Shown here in pieces: positions 61,196 through 64,000 of a DNA stretch of 64,000 nt (its first letter is position 1; each line of letters begins with the position of its first letter). The position numbers were made by a program, and so were the translations under genes. Origin of the DNA: Nemertoderma westbladi. Its lineage: Eukaryota > Animalia > Xenacoelomorpha. The notes beneath the pieces were generated by a model. That model searched no databases, had not been told where the DNA came from, and saw only the letters and a program-made list of their open reading frames with translations. The stretch is from NCBI GenBank assembly GCA_032718475.1, contig JAUCBJ010001234.1:1-64000 (forward strand), given 5' to 3'.

Positions 61196-64000
61196 TATAC
61201 TCTACCTTTACAAGCATTTGTGGATAGCTTAATACGCGGTGAGGCCGATCCAACCATTACGGAGGACGATGGTCGTTATATCGAACCGCCGATGTCCCAA
61301 GAGCAACTTGCGCGTGAATTGGACTATCGAAAATTCACCACTCGCTATACGAATCGTAATGGTACGTATATGGACTTCCTAACGACCGGCCATCCTATCG
61401 ACTTACATGATACGGACGATGTAGATACAGAAAGGGAAATGGTTCTATTTAAATATCATACCCAGCGGAGTCGTAACGATAAACCGAGAATAGATCACGA
61501 AAATTCTATTCGTAATAGACTGGAAAGAGAAAACGTTGAAGAACCGGATAAACGCATCGACTTCAACGAATACTTAGAGTTTTTGAGAGAAACCTATCTC
61601 AACGTCACTAGTCAGCAGAACTTAGAGACTCGATATCCTCAAGGTATCCATCACGACCCTGTAGTAGAACTCAAACGGCTCTATTTCACTATGATGTATC
61701 TTACCGCCGATCGTCCACTACCTGTTATCCCGGATAGTTTTGAACAAATGGAAGAATACTGCAAAACTGGAGAACGAACACCCGCGTTTCCTCTACAGGA
61801 CGTACGTCTTTGGTATTATTGTGACGAGTGTCCTAGACCTAACCAACAAACTGAAAGACATAAACATCCGCGGAGACGTTGCGCTAAACATAGTTTTACG
61901 CGTTACACTTACGGGAGTTTCGAGCGAAACCTGTTCGACATACCACCCACGATCGCTCGTCTTAAACGATCACTGAATAAACCCATGATCAGAGTTCCGG
62001 AATACTCGGTCAGGCCTCCTCATTCCCTAGTGAGACCTCAAACTCTTGATCCTAACAGTATCACTGATCCTCCCGAACTATATTCCCTGTTCAAAGACTT
62101 AGTGTTACCCGAACAACTAATCGGTGGCGCTCCGGTAGTGGGTTCATTAGACATCCGCCCATCCTACTTAGCCGGATTGGGACGCGGGCAGCTAATATCG
62201 CCCTTTGATCCTTACAATCGTCCAGGATTAAACCCGATACAACCCGCCACGGAAGTCGAGGGGAGTGTTATAAGAAACGCTTTAGACGCCATTCGACAGA
62301 AAATCGGAAAGGGGACACAAGATTGTTTAGAGAAACGTAAATTACAACAACAAGTACAATCGGTGAAGGAGTTAGCCTTGCCACAGTTTGATAGAGAAAT
62401 CCAAAACCTCGAGGAAGATATCGAGCTTGGACGCACGTATTCTCTACAAGAATTTTTAGATGAACGCTTACAGAGACAAGCGGAAGAAAATCTAATCGAA
62501 GAGAAACACACGAAACTGGAAGAAAGAGAAGAAGCCGCTTTAGCTCAACCTGAAGCTCAAATCCTCATGACGGACCTCTACTCTAAAACCGTTCATCATC
62601 CCTCTATGATTCCACATTTCGGAGACAAGCTCTTCGCGACGATACAACCTCAACCGGTTGATATCAGTACAGGATCGCAAAACCTTATCGCTGACGCCCC
62701 TATGTTACAGCGTCCGCCGATCGAGGCCGCTCGTGTTGACGGTATACTCGTTGAACCTCCGGACAATCGAGCGGATCTTGTCCGTCGTATGGTACACGAT
62801 GTCAACATACGCGCTAGACCTTTACAGAACTCGTTTTACGGGATTAAAGACCACCCTTATTACGTTAATCTGACTCAATATTATATGGTAAAACCAGAAG
62901 ACCCGACACATGATTTAAAGTTTCTACCACTAATAAATCCTCTAGACATTGTCGAACTCGAACAATTGCAGAAACATCTGGATCAGTTAGTAAAGGTAAA
63001 CTCATTTAGAAAACCATATAACATTTCTCGAATCGAGAAAGATATAGAACCTCCTTATAACCTCGATGGATTTATTAAAACTCGATTAGTCCATTGGAAT
63101 CTAGATGTATTATTTGAAGAAGAGAAAATACAAAGATATGGAAATGTGGAGACGTATACCACTCGGCATATGAAGTATAGTGATCTCCCTGACGCTAACC
63201 AATGCGCCACCTTGTGGCATCCAGTAGGGATGACCCTAGAGAACGCCACCAAGGAGTGGAATGAAACTCTTAATGTTATTGAGATGTATGGAGTTGTCAC
63301 CTACGATAATGAAGGTAGCGTTCCGGTCGGAGAGCTAGGAACTACGCGCATGATCCACATCCGCGGATTAGCTGGTTCTACCCACGTGTTTACTCGAGCG
63401 TGTTCCGACTTGATTGATTATTCTTTTGAAACTCTCACCGAAACACAAAAGAATCTCCGACATGGACAATTCGAACTCGCGCAGCGTTACGTCATTGACA
63501 CCGAACGCAAACCGGCCATGGGCATCGATGGATCGATGTTACCCCAGCCCGTACTCGAGATGTTGTTCAACGAAAGAATCCTTAAAATCGGCTCAGCTGT
63601 TTATGGAGATCTCCAAAACGACTTTCGGAATATGGAGGACATTCCATACCCTTTCGTTGATACTCAGCTGATTGCTCCCTGGGCAGAAGGTCGAGGTTTC
63701 TTCCGCACCATGTATGCTAATACGTCTAGCAACATTACCAAGGTGCAACGAACTTCCATCGGACATCTTGCCTTTCAGGAATACGGATGGAATTTCAAGA
63801 TCGGAAATCCCATTAACTATCAACAGGTATACGGAGACCATTATTCTCGATTATACTTTGATGGACCATTGACCGCACCTGGCGCCGTGTATAGCTTCAT
63901 GAGTGTTCCACTCCGTCCCTCCTTAGCTATATACACGATCTTTGAAAACACCGCACTTGCCGGTTGGCTAGCCGATGTGTGCAGTCGTACTATACGTGCC
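61196..64000 (+). CDS. Large unknown ORF downstream of pol (>900 codons, 3' partial)
   Basis: Manual translation found no stop from 61196 to 64000. The first ATG is at 61292 (MSQEQLARELDYRKF...). An in-frame upstream ATG at 61154 is separated by one TGA (61193-61195). The ORF track misses it because it runs off the window. Confidence 0.85.

Larger units (their letters stand above)
47985..64000 (+). mobile_element. BEL/Pao LTR retrotransposon, >16 kb, probably extending beyond the window
   Basis: LTR, 2.2-kb leader and gag-PR-RT-RH-IN in BEL order. No second LTR is seen after pol, and a same-strand extra ORF runs off the window. Confidence 0.8.

Noticed and set aside
52082-63872. Short antisense or alternate-frame ORFs overlapping gag-pol and the cargo ORF
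   Set aside because: They are shadow ORFs of long coding frames with no recognisable motifs.

Overview
AT-rich metazoan (invertebrate-like) genomic DNA with spliceosomal introns. Host genes: a 2-exon secreted multi-WAP protein (312-2162, +); an intronless CYP2-like P450 that is disrupted (9146-10776, -); a multi-exon methionine sulfoxide reductase A on the minus strand that is absent from the ORF track; and an intronless SH3-DH-PH RhoGEF (34108-36666, +) nested antisense in the last MsrA intron. The MsrA has an in-frame TGA at the catalytic position (GMS-U-FW, 40926-40928) and a canonical SECIS at 20111-20156, so it is a selenoprotein. Two MsrA introns end in tandem arrays built from copies of their own 3' splice site (about 8.4 kb and about 0.7 kb). 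The right quarter is a BEL/Pao LTR retrotransposon: 5' LTR 47985-49280 and gag-pol 51514-59531 with one frameshift. It has no tRNA-type PBS but a possible self-priming site. It is followed by an unannotated ORF of more than 900 codons (61196 to the window end). A 110-bp miniature relative of its LTR sits inside the P450. The rest is LINE remnants, MITEs and minisatellites. All calls were made by eye; no searches were run.
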